NCBI GenBank assembly: GCA_002269645.1
Contig: NIVC01000309.1
Coordinates: forward strand, 124,001-188,000
Length of the DNA stretch: 64,000 bases
Origin: Macrostomum lignano
Taxonomy: Eukaryota
Direction: 5' to 3'
Within the stretch, counting starts at the first letter, position 1. Every line of letters starts with the position of its first letter. Below the pieces are notes generated by a model. It saw only the letters and a list, made by a program, of their open reading frames with translations. It made no database searches and was not told the DNA's origin. Of this stretch, positions 12,106 through 24,264 are shown one piece after another. The translations under genes and the position numbers were made by a program.

Positions 12106-12545
12106 CTGACAGGGAGGCTGGAAACAAGGGAGTGGAGTTTGTCGCATTTAAAGTGAGACAGATCGTGCTTGATTAAATTGTTATTTGTTTCCACTTAAAA
12201 TAATATTAAAATTAATTTTAGTGATTTTAGCTCACTTTGCTGCTTACAGTAGGACAAAAGGCGCGTAATAGTCTCAAGTATTTTGTTAGGGAGCAAAAAA
12301 ACAAAGGTAAAACTATTAGCAAAAAATGGTTTCAGTTAAACATTAGCTTAAGGGTGTAGCACCGTTCTTTAGTTAAATATGTCATTAGCTATGTATTAGC
12401 CACAGTTTTTGCTTGCTAAGTTATTAATAAAACGTTATAGCAGAAGATGTACCACCGTTAGCTTGAAATGTTCATTACAATACCTGGTCCACTGAAATGA
12501 TTTAAAAGTGGTACTTGGTGTACTTTCTGTAAAAACTAAAAGATA

Positions 12546-12632
12546 CATGTAGATAGATAGATTGACAGATAGATAGATAGATAGATAGTAGATAGATAGA
12601 TAGATATTGAATAGATAGATAGATAGATAGAT
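12546..12632. repeat. (ATAG)n microsatellite
   Basis: Directly visible. Confidence 0.9.
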
Positions 12633-12954
12633 CGATTTTTGACAATTTCGGACATTTATGACAGCCAACGCAGTTATGAAGTATGATTTATGACAGTTAT
12701 GAAACTGCTATTTTTAGCCATAATAGACTGAGCCGTATGCTCTCCACGCAGCCTTCTAGAGAACTTTCTACTCGTACATTTTAGAACAAGTTTTGTTTGC
12801 ACACGAATCCCACCAACCTCGCGCCGTGCAACCCACCCCACTCCCCCAATTAACCAGTAAAATGTACTAAATACTCGATAACTATAAAGGCCTCATACTG
12901 CAGCAAGCGGATGCTGGAAGCCGAATGCCTATCTCTACCCAACACACCGAAGCT

Positions 12955-13290
12955 ACATTAATACCCCAACTCAACTCGACAGGTACTCGATCCCTATGGA
13001 TGAGCAGATTTGAACGCTAATATCAGCAGCTATGGCTACCCCAACACAGACATTCTGATCCGATGGAAGGTGACCGCAGGCATCGAGCGATCACGGCAGT
13101 ACAGCAGCGATCTCAAAAAATGCCTGTTGCAATTCAACCTTACAAAAGAAGCCCAGAAGTTCTATGTTACTTTTCTAAACTTTTACGTTTTATCCATGTA
13201 CATGTACGCGATTTTCACCTGGTCCGGCACACTGAATTCTTTAATTTTCAAGTCAAATAATTCGTACGAAATTAAACTCACAGTTTTCTA
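12955..13290 (+). pseudogene. Degenerate Cys-loop ligand-gated ion channel fragment
   Basis: TPTQLDRY(SI)PMDEQI, then a 1-nt frameshift into NANISSYGYPNTDILIRWK..LLQFNLT. This matches the C-x13-C loop / SYGY / W / QF pattern, but both cysteines are disrupted. Confidence 0.5.
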
Positions 13291-13439
13291 CTCTAAGTAG
13301 ACTGATAATTTTTTGTTTTATTTGTAAGTTTGAAAAAAAAGAAAAAAGCAGCAGTTAAAGTGAACTCTAATGCTCATCCTCATTTCGTCAGCATATTTGT
13401 ACAGTTATGTCTTCTAAAACGGATTTTCCTGATATACAA

Positions 13440-13623
13440 TATTATTCTTTGAGCCAGAACACGTGGACCTGGTTCGATTCCGTGAGCGGCCACTCTAATT
13501 TAAGGCTTATGGACGAAAATTTGCCGAGTGGTTGTCGTGCGATTCACCCATCAGGGCCAATTCCAAAATGCACAGAGTGTACATGCAACAATGGACGATT
13601 AGAAAGTCTTATTGACTGCGGAA
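13440..13623 (+). mobile_element. tRNA-derived SINE copy (family A)
   Basis: B box GGTTCGATTCC followed by GTGAGCGGCCAC, identical to the minus-strand copy at 63890-63960. The body (GGGCCAA..GCACAG..AGTGTACATGC) matches 55488-55850. Confidence 0.7.
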
Positions 13624-14040
13624 AGCTGCACGATAGCATCACGTGATTAAGGTTCAAGGTTGCTGCTAGGGCAATCATCTGATTGGTCGTAGAGACCTGC
13701 ACGATTAGCATCACGTGATTAAGGTTCCAGGCTGCTGCTAGGGCAATCATCTGATTGGTCGTAGAGACCTGCACGATTAGCATCACGTGATTAAGGTTCC
13801 AGGCTGCTGCTAGGGCAATCATCTGATTGGTCGTAGAGACCTGCACGATTAGCATCACGTGATTTAAGTTCAAGGCCGCCGCTAGGGCAATCATCTGATT
13901 GGTCGTAGAGACTTGCACGATTAGCATCACGGGATTTAAGTTCAAGGCCGCCGCTAGGGCAATCATCTGATTGGTCGTAGAGACCTGCACGATTAGCATC
14001 ACGTGATTTAAGTTCAAGGCTGCTGCTAGGGGAAAACATC
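13624..14040. repeat. 72-bp tandem minisatellite, about 5-6 copies
   Basis: 24-aa periodicity in ORFs 13544-14017 and 13791-14060. Most units carry CACGTG and ATTGG. Confidence 0.95.
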
Positions 14041-14250
14041 TGACTTGGTGTTAATAACACGTAGTTGTCTCCGACGAAAAGTTATTTGTCTTCAGTTTAA
14101 AAACAATTTTTCTGTCACTGTAACTCCTATAATTCTCTAACTCATTCACTATTCACTACAAACTTTTAATAGCTCACTCAGACTGATATATGTAACTCGA
14201 TTTTAAGTGCGCGTATACCTATAGTATTCGAATATGTACAAGTACAGACG

Positions 14251-14977
14251 CAACTAACTAACTCCGGCGCCTCAGCCATTGAACAGGCTCTTACGCCACT
14301 AAGAATGAATTGGGTTACTAATGTACACTAGGTTTCTAAGCTAGGCTAAAAGAGACTGTGACCATCAAGCCGAGCAGGCGACACCAGTCGGGTTGAGGGA
14401 GGGCCCTACCCCCAGCTGTCGGGGCGTCACACCTACTCCAAGCACAAAACTAAACCTCCCCGAGGCTAGCAGGGGTTGAGTGAACCAATCAGGGAAGCCC
14501 GTGCCTTCTCCTGGGATAGTGTACCTCCATAATAATGGTCCTAAGACCTCCCCACGGCCGTGGCAACCCGAAGGAGCCTCCCCACCTACTAAACCCCGGG
14601 TACTCTTTGCCAAGACAGTCACTTATCTTTTAAGCGGCAGGAGGGCTATTCGCGGGACTGTTTCACCCTTTGCTTCGCCAACCCGCCATTTAAATTAGGG
14701 GCCGTGCCAACGGCCTCGTCCTGGTCAGACTCAGTCCTGGTTTTGGCACAATCCAGCTTAAACCTAGTCGTTCACCAGCAGACACTCCGAGGGAGACAGT
14801 CAGAGCATCAACTGGAACGAGTATAGGCCTGCCTTCCTATACAGCTACCCACAGCCATTCCTGATTGACTATTACCCTCCAACCTAGCCTACTAACTCAT
14901 TACAAGCTTTCAGCCAGGCAGAGACAGGTGTCAGGGGTACTGCGGTTTGGAGTCTCTATGCGAAACAAAACCAGACG
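14251..14977. mobile_element. Putative non-coding retro-insertion flanked by 12-bp direct repeats
   Basis: CAAGTACAGACG at 14239-14250 and 14978-14989. GC-rich interior with no credible ORF and a short (AACT) run at the left end. Confidence 0.4.
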
Positions 14978-16313
14978 CAAGTACAGACGAAATGCGACAG
15001 AGACTCAAATTTTAAAATGTGTTCTGTGAATTAAACACCACGAGGTAGTTTTCATCAACATGCATTTGTTTTCAAAAAGGTCTACTGTCAGTAGAGCGTG
15101 TAACAAATGAAGCATTTCTCGCTTTAAGGCTTCGAGTTCTCTGGCGCAAACTAAGTATTGTCAAAAAACGAATGCGAAAACGAAAACAAAGACCACTTAT
15201 AAAGAATTTTTTGGAAAAAACGAACGTAGCAAACAAAAGAAGAAACTGTAGATTTTTTTATTGCATTCAAGCAATTTTTTATTAACGATTTAACAAATAG
15301 AAACAGAAAAAGCTAATAAAAATATGTATAAAGACTAACGACTATTTTTAATCTAAAAATGGTTTTTATCCTACTAACAATGCGAAAAGCCGCACAATAA
15401 AAGAGATAAACAAAATAAACAAAAAATGCACAACAATTTGACTTAACACAACAGAAAAGCAAAAACAAAAAACAGAAACAATATTGCTACAAATAGTATA
15501 ATTGAAGCTTGTTTTGCTGCTTCATACCTGTTGTAAAATATTGGCAAAAAACTACAAAAAGATGGAAACCACAAATACAAATACTATAATATTAGTAAGG
15601 CTGATTTATAACTAAAAATGCATGTATACTACTGACAATGCGAAAAAGTCGCGCAATACAAAAAGATGGACAGAAAATGCATAAAAACACGTTTAAAAAC
15701 ACGCATTTGAAATGAACCAAAGAAAACAAAAAACGCAATGCAAGATTTGAGATAGCAACGAAATAACTATTTAGCTACACCTTAATTACCAACTTGGCTA
15801 CGCCATTAATCATAAAAACTTACAAGTTACATTTACTTTCGATACATATCGGGACAAATAGAACAAAGACTCAAATGCTTCACTTCTGAACCTAATGCTA
15901 TACAAAAACCGAATAGGCTGCAGATTGATATCCTATTTTAACTTAATTAGAAATAAGTCAGCCTGAAAAAACCGTAGAGATCAACGGATTTCCATAAGAA
16001 TTATACGAGAGTACATCGATATAATAGTAATCCAAACTCCACTATGTACTATTGTGCCTTGCTTAGTCACCATGGTGCTCGTCTTCTAACGGGAAAGTCG
16101 GGGGTTCAAATTTTAACTGAACTACTAATCTGTTTTTTTTCTCTTTTTAATTTGTTTACCAAAAGAGAGTCATTTCTCCTCTTTTTGTAGTCTGTAATGT
16201 TTTTCAATCATAATTTTTGTCTAATAAATTTTCATGTTTACAATAAATGTCCGATATGTATCGAAATGATTTAAAACTCTGGATTAGGGAATGTTCATTG
16301 ATTGGTCAAGTTT

Positions 16314-17897
16314 TTATTGCCGCTTGTTGCTATGCACAGTGCGGATGTGATACTTGAGATGGCTGCTCACACTGAAAGCCTTGCCACAGTAGCTGCAACT
16401 GTATGGCTTCTCGCCTGTGTGGATGCGCATGTGATCCTTGAGATGGCTGCTCACACTGAAAGCCTTGCCACAGTAGCTGCAACTGAATGGCCTCTCGCCT
16501 GTGTGGATGCGCATGTGAGTCTTGAGACTGCCGCTCTCACTGAAAGCCTTGCCACAGTAGCTGCAACTGAATGGCTTCTCGCCTGTGTGGATGCGGATGT
16601 GATTCTTGAGATGGCCGTCTTGACTGAAAGCCTTGCCACAGTAGCTGCAACTGAATGGCTTCTCGCCTGTGTGGATGCGGATGTGATTCTTGAGATGGCC
16701 GTCTTGACTGAAAGCCTTGCCACAGTAGCTGCAACTGAATGGCCTTTCGCCAGTATGAGCTCGCATATGTCTAGTCAGATTTACTTCCCCATGAAACCTA
16801 GCCTTACACACAGAACAGACGTATCGCCTCTCCAACAGATGCACCAATCTCACGTGAGCAATTTTACTCGATTTGCTCTTGAAAACTTTCTCACAAAATC
16901 CGCAAATTAAATCGCCGCCCGAGTTTAAAATGTCGGCCTCTTCATACAGCGGCCTGTCACTAGCGCTGTCGCCGTCTTCGGCTACAATTTTGTACAGTTT
17001 GGCCATCTCGTCGCCATAGTAGACAAGAAGCTCGTGATCCGGGCTGATGTCCCGGATAGCAATGTAATAGACATTATTATCCCACTGGAAGGCTATCATG
17101 TTCTGCTCGCAGAGGTTCCTACTACAATTAACATAGCGCATCCAATTGGAGAAGCGCATGTCGGCGGCGTCAACCCATTCGCAAGACTTGTCGCGTCGAA
17201 TCTCCCAGGCGTAGGAAGACGCTTCAGCGGTGGCTTTGTCAGTGATTCGCTGGCCAAGATAGGGTCCGAAGATGGAGCCCCTAGCGATAGGAGCTTCGGC
17301 CCACACGCCATTTCCAGCGTGTCGGCCAACAGCGGAGCGGCAGATCCTCATGCCGTCAGGCAGTGTGAGATCAGAGAAATTCTCAGCAGTGCCAAATCCA
17401 TCCGGCATTTTATTGCTCACCCAGCGTTGATGCAGCTGGCAGCAATCGCCAAACACCTCTTTGCCGCAGTCATAGCAGTACAAGCTGCGCTCATCCGTCT
17501 CCTTGTAGACGCAGGCAGTTTTACCGCGCCTCGGCGGCAGTTGGCGCGGCTCTGTCGGTAGAGAAGCCGCGATGACAGCAGAGCTAGAACTCTTGGACTT
17601 GCTGGAACAGGCAGAAGCAGTTTTGATCTTCTTTGACTTGGCCACTGGCTGATAGTCAGGATCGCTGTCGCTATCATGTCGGTTGCGCTTCTTTTGCACA
17701 GTACAGGCTCGTTTTGGCTGCTTTTGCCTAGCAACTGTTGCCTTGCAAACAGCAGCTGTTGACGCTGCTCGCTGCTGCTCAACTGGTTGTTGCAGATCTG
17801 GGACACCTTCAGCACCAAATAGTTCTTTAATAAGGCGCTCATTTTCTGCCTTCCTGTTCAACCGCAGCAGCTCATAACTGCTAATGGTTGCTGACAT
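16314..17897 (-). CDS. PRDM9-like PR/SET histone methyltransferase with zinc knuckle and 7 C2H2 zinc fingers; uninterrupted ORF, no KRAB domain visible
   Basis: 527-aa ORF. Knuckle YCYDC..CCQLH. SET motifs FGPY, NWMRYVNC, EQNMIAF..VYY, ELLVYYG. TGEKP/TGERP-linked fingers. Confidence 0.88.
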   Translation of the reverse strand: MSATISSYELLRLNRKAENERLIKELFGAEGVPDLQQPVEQQRAASTAAVCKATVARQKQPKRACTVQKKRNRHDSDSDPDYQPVAKSKKIKTASACSSKSKSSSSAVIAASLPTEPRQLPPRRGKTACVYKETDERSLYCYDCGKEVFGDCCQLHQRWVSNKMPDGFGTAENFSDLTLPDGMRICRSAVGRHAGNGVWAEAPIARGSIFGPYLGQRITDKATAEASSYAWEIRRDKSCEWVDAADMRFSNWMRYVNCSRNLCEQNMIAFQWDNNVYYIAIRDISPDHELLVYYGDEMAKLYKIVAEDGDSASDRPLYEEADILNSGGDLICGFCEKVFKSKSSKIAHVRLVHLLERRYVCSVCKARFHGEVNLTRHMRAHTGERPFSCSYCGKAFSQDGHLKNHIRIHTGEKPFSCSYCGKAFSQDGHLKNHIRIHTGEKPFSCSYCGKAFSESGSLKTHMRIHTGERPFSCSYCGKAFSVSSHLKDHMRIHTGEKPYSCSYCGKAFSVSSHLKYHIRTVHSNKRQ

Positions 17898-18992
17898 ATA
17901 GAAGTTGTCAACAAATCAAATATCACATTAAAGCTAGTCACATTTTCTGAATAAAAATAGTAGCAATACTTCTTAGGCCTATCTTAAGGAAGTTGATATG
18001 TAAATCCTTCTAGAAAAAATGGACACTTTAAACAAAATTTATCCAATAAAAAAGGATTTAGCCAAAGAAAGACAAAGAAGTTATATAGGGCGAAGTCAAA
18101 GCTATAATAAAGTGGATATTATAATAACAAAATGCAACTCAATTCTATGAACTAAATAGTTTACTACATAGGCCAAAACTAATAGTCTAAAACTTAAATT
18201 ACTATTATTTGAATAAAATGCATAGCACTTTAGTACCTAAACCCATGTTTAGGGTATTTGCACAACTTAATTTTTTCATGTCAGGTTTTCTAGGGATTTT
18301 ATTTTTTAGGTTCTTTTTAGATTAATCTAACAAATGAAAAATATAGACTACCTAGCATATATACATTTTCATAAATTAAATTAAAATTTGCACAAATAAC
18401 ATATTAAGATATCTTTAGTAGTCAGCAAGTTATCAATGGCAAAAACTGATGCTAGGGGAAAACAAGAGAGCCACAGACAAATCAGACTAAGGCAATAAAC
18501 TCAGAGTAATAAAGTTGATAAAACTCAACCTGATACAAAAAGATCTGTCTTGATACATATAGTCCTATAGAAGTTTTTATAATGCTATCTAATACCTAGT
18601 TTAATTGTTTTGCAACTCATCATATTAGGTGGCCCACTATTACCTTGTTTCTTGTTAACCATTAATATTACTTGCATAAATTTAAATTAGGCCTAAACAA
18701 ATAAAACTCTATTTATCACTTTATGCTTCCTAAGTTATAATAAAAATAGACATGCATTTTGTTCTTTTATGGCCTAGTTTTCAACTTCATTCAAATTTTG
18801 TATTTTTACTTTTAGGGATTTTTGAGTTTTTAAAACATTTTTAACTTGTAGACAGTGCATATTTTAAAATAAATTTTAAGTTTTAAAATAAAAAATTATC
18901 ATAATTAATCTGTTGAAATTAAATGAACAAAATTATAATTATATTGTAGTTTGTGCTAGGCTTATTGTTGCAACATTATTCCAATGTCCCTA

Positions 18993-20321
18993 TGAGGGCT
19001 ATTAGAAAATGTTTGCTTATTAGTCAATGAAATTAAAACTAAGTCATATTAAAAGATAAAACTTATCAAAAAACTCTATTAGCATCTCATTATTCAAAAT
19101 ATTTGCCACTAGCCTCATGGCATTTTTCCCACTGCTGCACAAGTCTATCAATGCTGGCACTAATGCTGCTCTTTGTTGTGGCTGCTATTCCTTTGCGCTA
19201 AGCCTCATTGGCTTCTTCTTTGCTGCTAAAATGTTGGCTTTGCATTGTCTCCTTGATCCTGGGGAAGAGGAAAAAGCTACATAGGCTAAGATACAATGAA
19301 AAAGGCCAATGCAGAAGAATCTCCCAGCCCCATAAGGAGATGGTTTCAATCAACAATTTTTTTGCAATATAGAGCAGCTTGTCAGGATTGGACCCTGGGC
19401 ATGCAAGCTCAGCCTTTTGTTGCAATTGGCTCTTTGCACATTGCACAACACTTTCAAAAAATAGTCACCATTTACTGTCTGGCTGGCAAGAATAGCCTGA
19501 TCAAAGATGATGCCTTTGTGATTAAAGAAAGTCACATGCATGATTTTCAGCTGAGCAATGCTCTTTGCAGCCTTCACTGGCCTTGGAGAGCCAGGCTGGC
19601 ACCTATATGTACTTTGCCACTTCAGTTTAGCCTCCCACAAATGCACCCAAGTCTCATCACAAGCCACAATTCTCTAAAGAAACTGAACTCCCTTGCAACT
19701 GTATCTTTGCAGATGAGCTGCACTGAGAGTTATGTGGTAGACTTTCTGCTTCTCTGACAGGATATGAGACACCCACTTTGCGCAAATCTTTCTGACTTTA
19801 AGATCTTCAGTCAGAACTTTATGGATTGTCATGAGACATGCTAGTAGACTCAGCCAGCTGATGAGTGGTAACACAGTGATCCTCTTGCATAGCAGCCTCC
19901 ACCTTTTGTACCAATTGTGTTGTTTGCGCTGAACAGGGCCTTCCACTTTGAGGTTTGTCTTGAATGTCCTTTTTGTCATCAAGAACACTTGCCATCTAGC
20001 AACAAACAGTGTCATATGACAGGCAAGAGTCTGCTATGGCTTGATACATGATTGCATGTCTCTGTTGGAAACAGTCTAAGCAAGGCATAGAACTTGATGA
20101 TGGTTGATTTGTCTTCTTTAGAGAAGCTTTTTTTGCAAAATGGAGGTGTTTATAATAGGACTTATAAATTTTCTAATGTGAAGCTAGGTTTCAAGATTTT
20201 AAGCCAAATTTTTTGTAATAGGCACATTATATACCAGGCAATAGCCTCAGCTTAGTCGCATTTTTTATGTGAATTATAAAAAAATATCAGTCAATAATCA
20301 AAACTTTTCTAATAGCACTTG
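18993..20321 (-). mobile_element. Full-length but decayed mariner (Tc1/mariner) element, about 1.33 kb
   Basis: Degenerate TIRs TGAGGGCTATTAGAAAA / TTTTCTAATAGCACTTG flanked by TA. Broken ORFs with RKICAKWVSHIL (WVPHEL), CDETWVH and FFLFPRIKETM. Confidence 0.85.
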
Positions 20322-20542
20322 TAATATCTAGAAACTTTTATCACTTTTGCATATCCCATATAAATTATAAGTCAAATGTCCAAATGAAGTCAAAGAAATT
20401 TATTCATTTTTTTGCAAATTTCTATAGGCCCCTAGGCCTAACTAAATATTTTTTGCTTAAAATTAATATATTCATAGTATAATTATTAGCCATATTATTA
20501 ATAAAGGCTTTTACTTTTAATAGTTTTAATTATATTATAATT

Positions 20543-21555
20543 TGAGGGGTATCCAAAAAGTAGTGATACTTCTAACCCTAGCTCTCATTCTATAGCTTCT
20601 TGTGATTTAAAATTTTATGAACTGATAGCGGCAAATCTTTTCTACAGACTGCTTGTTGAATTTTTAAATTGATACCAGAGAACAAAAGTTATACCCATGA
20701 AAGTAACAGTAGGCCCACCTATACCATGGAGTTACACAAATTATAGGCTGAGCTTCATGAGATCCATGCTGAGTAAGCTTCGATAAATTGTTGATTTTGG
20801 TTTTTCCAACCTGTCAGCAATTTCTCAAATGGTCATTTGGAGGTCCTTGTCAAGAAGATCTAGAATGGAGTCCGCTAGTACATCAGGTTGATGAATGTAT
20901 GGCCACCTTATCCAATGCTAATCTGCCAAGTCAGTCCATCCCTCTGAACTGTTCAATCCATTGATAAACTATCATTTTGCTGACCGCAAAGGATCCGTGC
21001 GCAGAGCACAGTTTTGCATGAATTTCTGAGGCACTATGGCCAGCGCCCCAAAGAGTGAAGATGGTACTTTGCTGAGCAACAACTAAGTGCACATCCATCA
21101 TGTGTGTTGTCAAGTATGGGCAATGAAATCATGAATGAATTGCAAAATGCAAGCTCTTCTGTTTGCAAGCAAAGTAATGAATTTAATGCTTTATATTTCT
21201 GTGCATGATCTTGTCCATAGATAAATTTCAGTCAGTCACAGTGAGCATCATTTTGAAATTGGGCTTTGGTATTGCTTCAACAAGACATTTATTGATGCTT
21301 TCTTAATGAATGAGTGCAGAAGTCAACTATTATAAATTTTAATATAGTTTGTGTAACTCCATGGTACAGGTAGGCCCTACTGTTACTCTTGTTACTCTTG
21401 TACTATAACTTTTGTTCTCTAATATCAATTTTAAAAATTCAAAAAGCAGTCTGTAGAAGAGATCCGCCGCTATCAGTTCATAAAATTTTAAATCACAGGA
21501 AGCTATATAAAGAGAGCCATGGTTAAAAGCATCACCACTTTTTGGACACCCCTCG
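20543..21555 (-). mobile_element. Non-autonomous mariner derivative with inverted ends of about 200 bp
   Basis: About 20543-20745 is an inverted copy of about 21343-21555 (GAGGGGT.TCCAAAAAGT.GTGAT...). The interior encodes a mariner N-terminal HTH remnant (GHSASEIHAKL..VYQWIEQF). The right end is followed by TA. Confidence 0.8.
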
Positions 21556-21626
21556 TACAATATCTTTGTTATAATCCTAGAGAAATTTCTAAAAAACTAT
21601 TAATTTCTCTATAAATGTATACAAGG

Positions 21627-22290
21627 CCATAGTCAGGAAGGTGGCAGAGTGTGCGCCGGAACAAATTTTGGCCTCTCCCAAAATTGTGCGCCGTGCGCCG
21701 ACACAAAAACCCTCGTGTGCGCCGTTGTGCGCCCGCCACTACCTGCCTTGCGACAATAAAAGACCTTTTTTTACAACATAGCAACAATTTTTGTGCGCCA
21801 ATATACGGGACGGTTATGGGCTATCTATATTATATTATGAGAAATTGAGATCGTTAAACCGAAAATAGAAATTTAAAAAATTTTTAATTTAATTTCTAAT
21901 TTTTAAAACAAAACAAACATAAAAAGTAAGCAAATGGCAAAAACAAAGGTAAAAAGGAACAGAAAAATATTTTTTTTTATTTTTTATTTTTTGGTAAAAT
22001 GCAGTGTTACATTAGATAGAACAGTGAATAGTGTACTGTAACAAGTAACGACTTACATCGTTACATGGGATCGCCACAAGGGTAACGCTGCATGTGGCGC
22101 GGCGCCCGCCGCGCCGCGCCGCCATGCGCCGGTGTCCTCTGGTATGCGCCGTTGTGCGCCACTGTGCGCCAGTGCGCCACTGTGCGCTGTTGTGGCGTGC
22201 CGCTGTGCGCCGTTGTGCGCCGTTGTGTGCCCAAAAAGGGCTTGTGTGCGCCGGAATTTTCCGACCAAACTGCCACCTTCCTGACTATGG
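21627..22290. mobile_element. MITE with 21-bp TIRs, 8-bp TSD and subterminal TGTGCGCC repeats
   Basis: CCATAGTCAGGAAGGTGGCAG / CTGCCACCTTCCTGACTATGG. TSD ATACAAGG at 21619-21626 and 22291-22298. Confidence 0.85.
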
Positions 22291-23886
22291 ATACAAGGCA
22301 ATCATGCAAACCCAGCTAGTAATCAAGTTTTTTGACTCCTCAATATTTAATAACAAAGCAAACAAATGAACTAGGCCTACTATCTATAAATCTTAGGCCT
22401 ACTTATTTTGCCAATTTGCCATGCTATAGGGCCTAGGCCTATCTTAAGTTCTACTTTTCAATCTTTTGCTACTAGGTGTATGTGGATCCTAAGTAAATGT
22501 TGTTGTATTGCCAATATTGGCACTGCATTGATTTTACAAATTTTGTATAAAAAGAGTAGGCCTATAAAAATTTTCTGTATGAATTGATATTAAAGTTTGG
22601 GTAGGCCTAGACCTTAATCTTTAAGCCTAAGCCCTAAGTAGGCCTATAGGCCAATCATTTATTTAAAGCAGAGAATAGGTAGGCCTAGGCCTATGACAAT
22701 GACTAGGTAATAGTAGGGCCTGAAAAATTGATAGGGGGGGCCTAATGATAAGACTGCATACCCTGCATTTACTATGAAACACATGATATGGCCTAGGCCT
22801 ACACATGATAACACATGCAAGATTTTATAACTTTACAGGGGTCTAGTCAAGCCTCCAGGTGTTCAACCTACCTAGTCTTCTAATAATACTAATCCTCCTA
22901 TACCTTTTTTGCTTTTAAACTCAGCTTAGCTTTTCCTGTCGCTAATATACATAGCACAATAAGCAAGTAGACAGAAACTTTGATACAGAAAATCCAATTT
23001 CTTTCAAACAAATGTCAATTTTGCCTAAATCTTTGCATATTATGACTTCTGCGAGTGACGATTCCTGAACAGAATGCGTGTTTTTTTCAGTCACGGGAGA
23101 TCCTACTGACATACTCACTATCGGCCTGCCCATAGAGAATTGCTTAAAATAATGCGTACACAGTTCGTATTATCCAAAGCGTTACGTGTATTAACAAAAA
23201 ACATATATTATTTAAACAACATATAAAACATATAAAAAAATATATACAAAACTTGACAACATTTAAATACTTCTCCAAAGATTTTTGAAATAGTATTTTT
23301 ATATATTTAGAACACTTCAAAGTGTTCACTAAAGAAGACATAAAATCAAGGGATTATTTTTTTAATTTCGGAACTTAGTAAGAATAATGAAGATTGCAAG
23401 GGGTCGACGTAATAATCAATGGTTTATTTGAGTTGAATAATAGTGTTTTCTTCTAATATACGCAGTAAAACTATATTCTGCAACACTAGGCTTATAGGCT
23501 ATGCAGCTATTTAAATGTACCATAAAATGATAAATATCTATAATCCTTTCCTTTGACCCTCTGCTCTGTGGAGGACGTGCTCATTTATTCATATGAAAAT
23601 GATAATAACCTTTCACAACAGAATAACAACGCTGGATCAGTGGTGGATCCTGCAGGATTTTTAAAGTAGGGGGAGTGCATGCGGACCATGCAGCCAAAAT
23701 TTTTGTGTTAGCCCAAAATACATGTACATGTAAGCCCCAAATCAGACCAAAATTACAATACCCCGGAAAAAAAGGGAGGCAAAAGAGGGGAATTTATTTC
23801 TATTGAAACTATGGATTGTTGGTCAGGCTAGTATTCATAAAATATAGTATTAGATCATCGTGCTACTTTGTTGCGCTACATGTAGA

Positions 23887-24109
<223 letters not shown>

Positions 24110-24117
24110 CCGCTCAC

Positions 24118-24264
24118 CATTCGCCCTGCTGCTCGGTCAGCCGCCGCACCTGAAAGCCGGACTCGGCCAGGACTCTCTTGTTGAGGTCCCTTGCTGACAC
24201 TTCCTGCCCGGCCGCCTCTCCCGACGACGACTCCATGGCAGGAAGCGCGAAGTTTCGGGTGTGT
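24118..24264 (-). CDS. Probable coding exon (..AMESSSGEAAGQEVSARDLNKRVLAESGFQVRRLTEQQGE), affiliation uncertain
   Basis: Acceptor TCTACAG and donor ATG|GTGAGC with coding-like codon usage. The phase does not join cleanly to the upstream MYCBPAP-like exon. Confidence 0.45.

Noticed and set aside
13407-13646. ORF resembling a C-type lectin exon (WTWFD..C..C)
   Set aside because: The DNA aligns with three other SINE copies, and the WFDS codons are the B box GGTTCGATTCC.
16302-16910. 202-aa plus-strand ORF and other ORFs overlapping the zinc fingers
   Set aside because: Antisense or alternate-frame shadows of the 84-bp finger repeats.
19198-20015. Active mariner transposase
   Set aside because: It is fragmented across frames, and the second and third catalytic motifs are degenerate.
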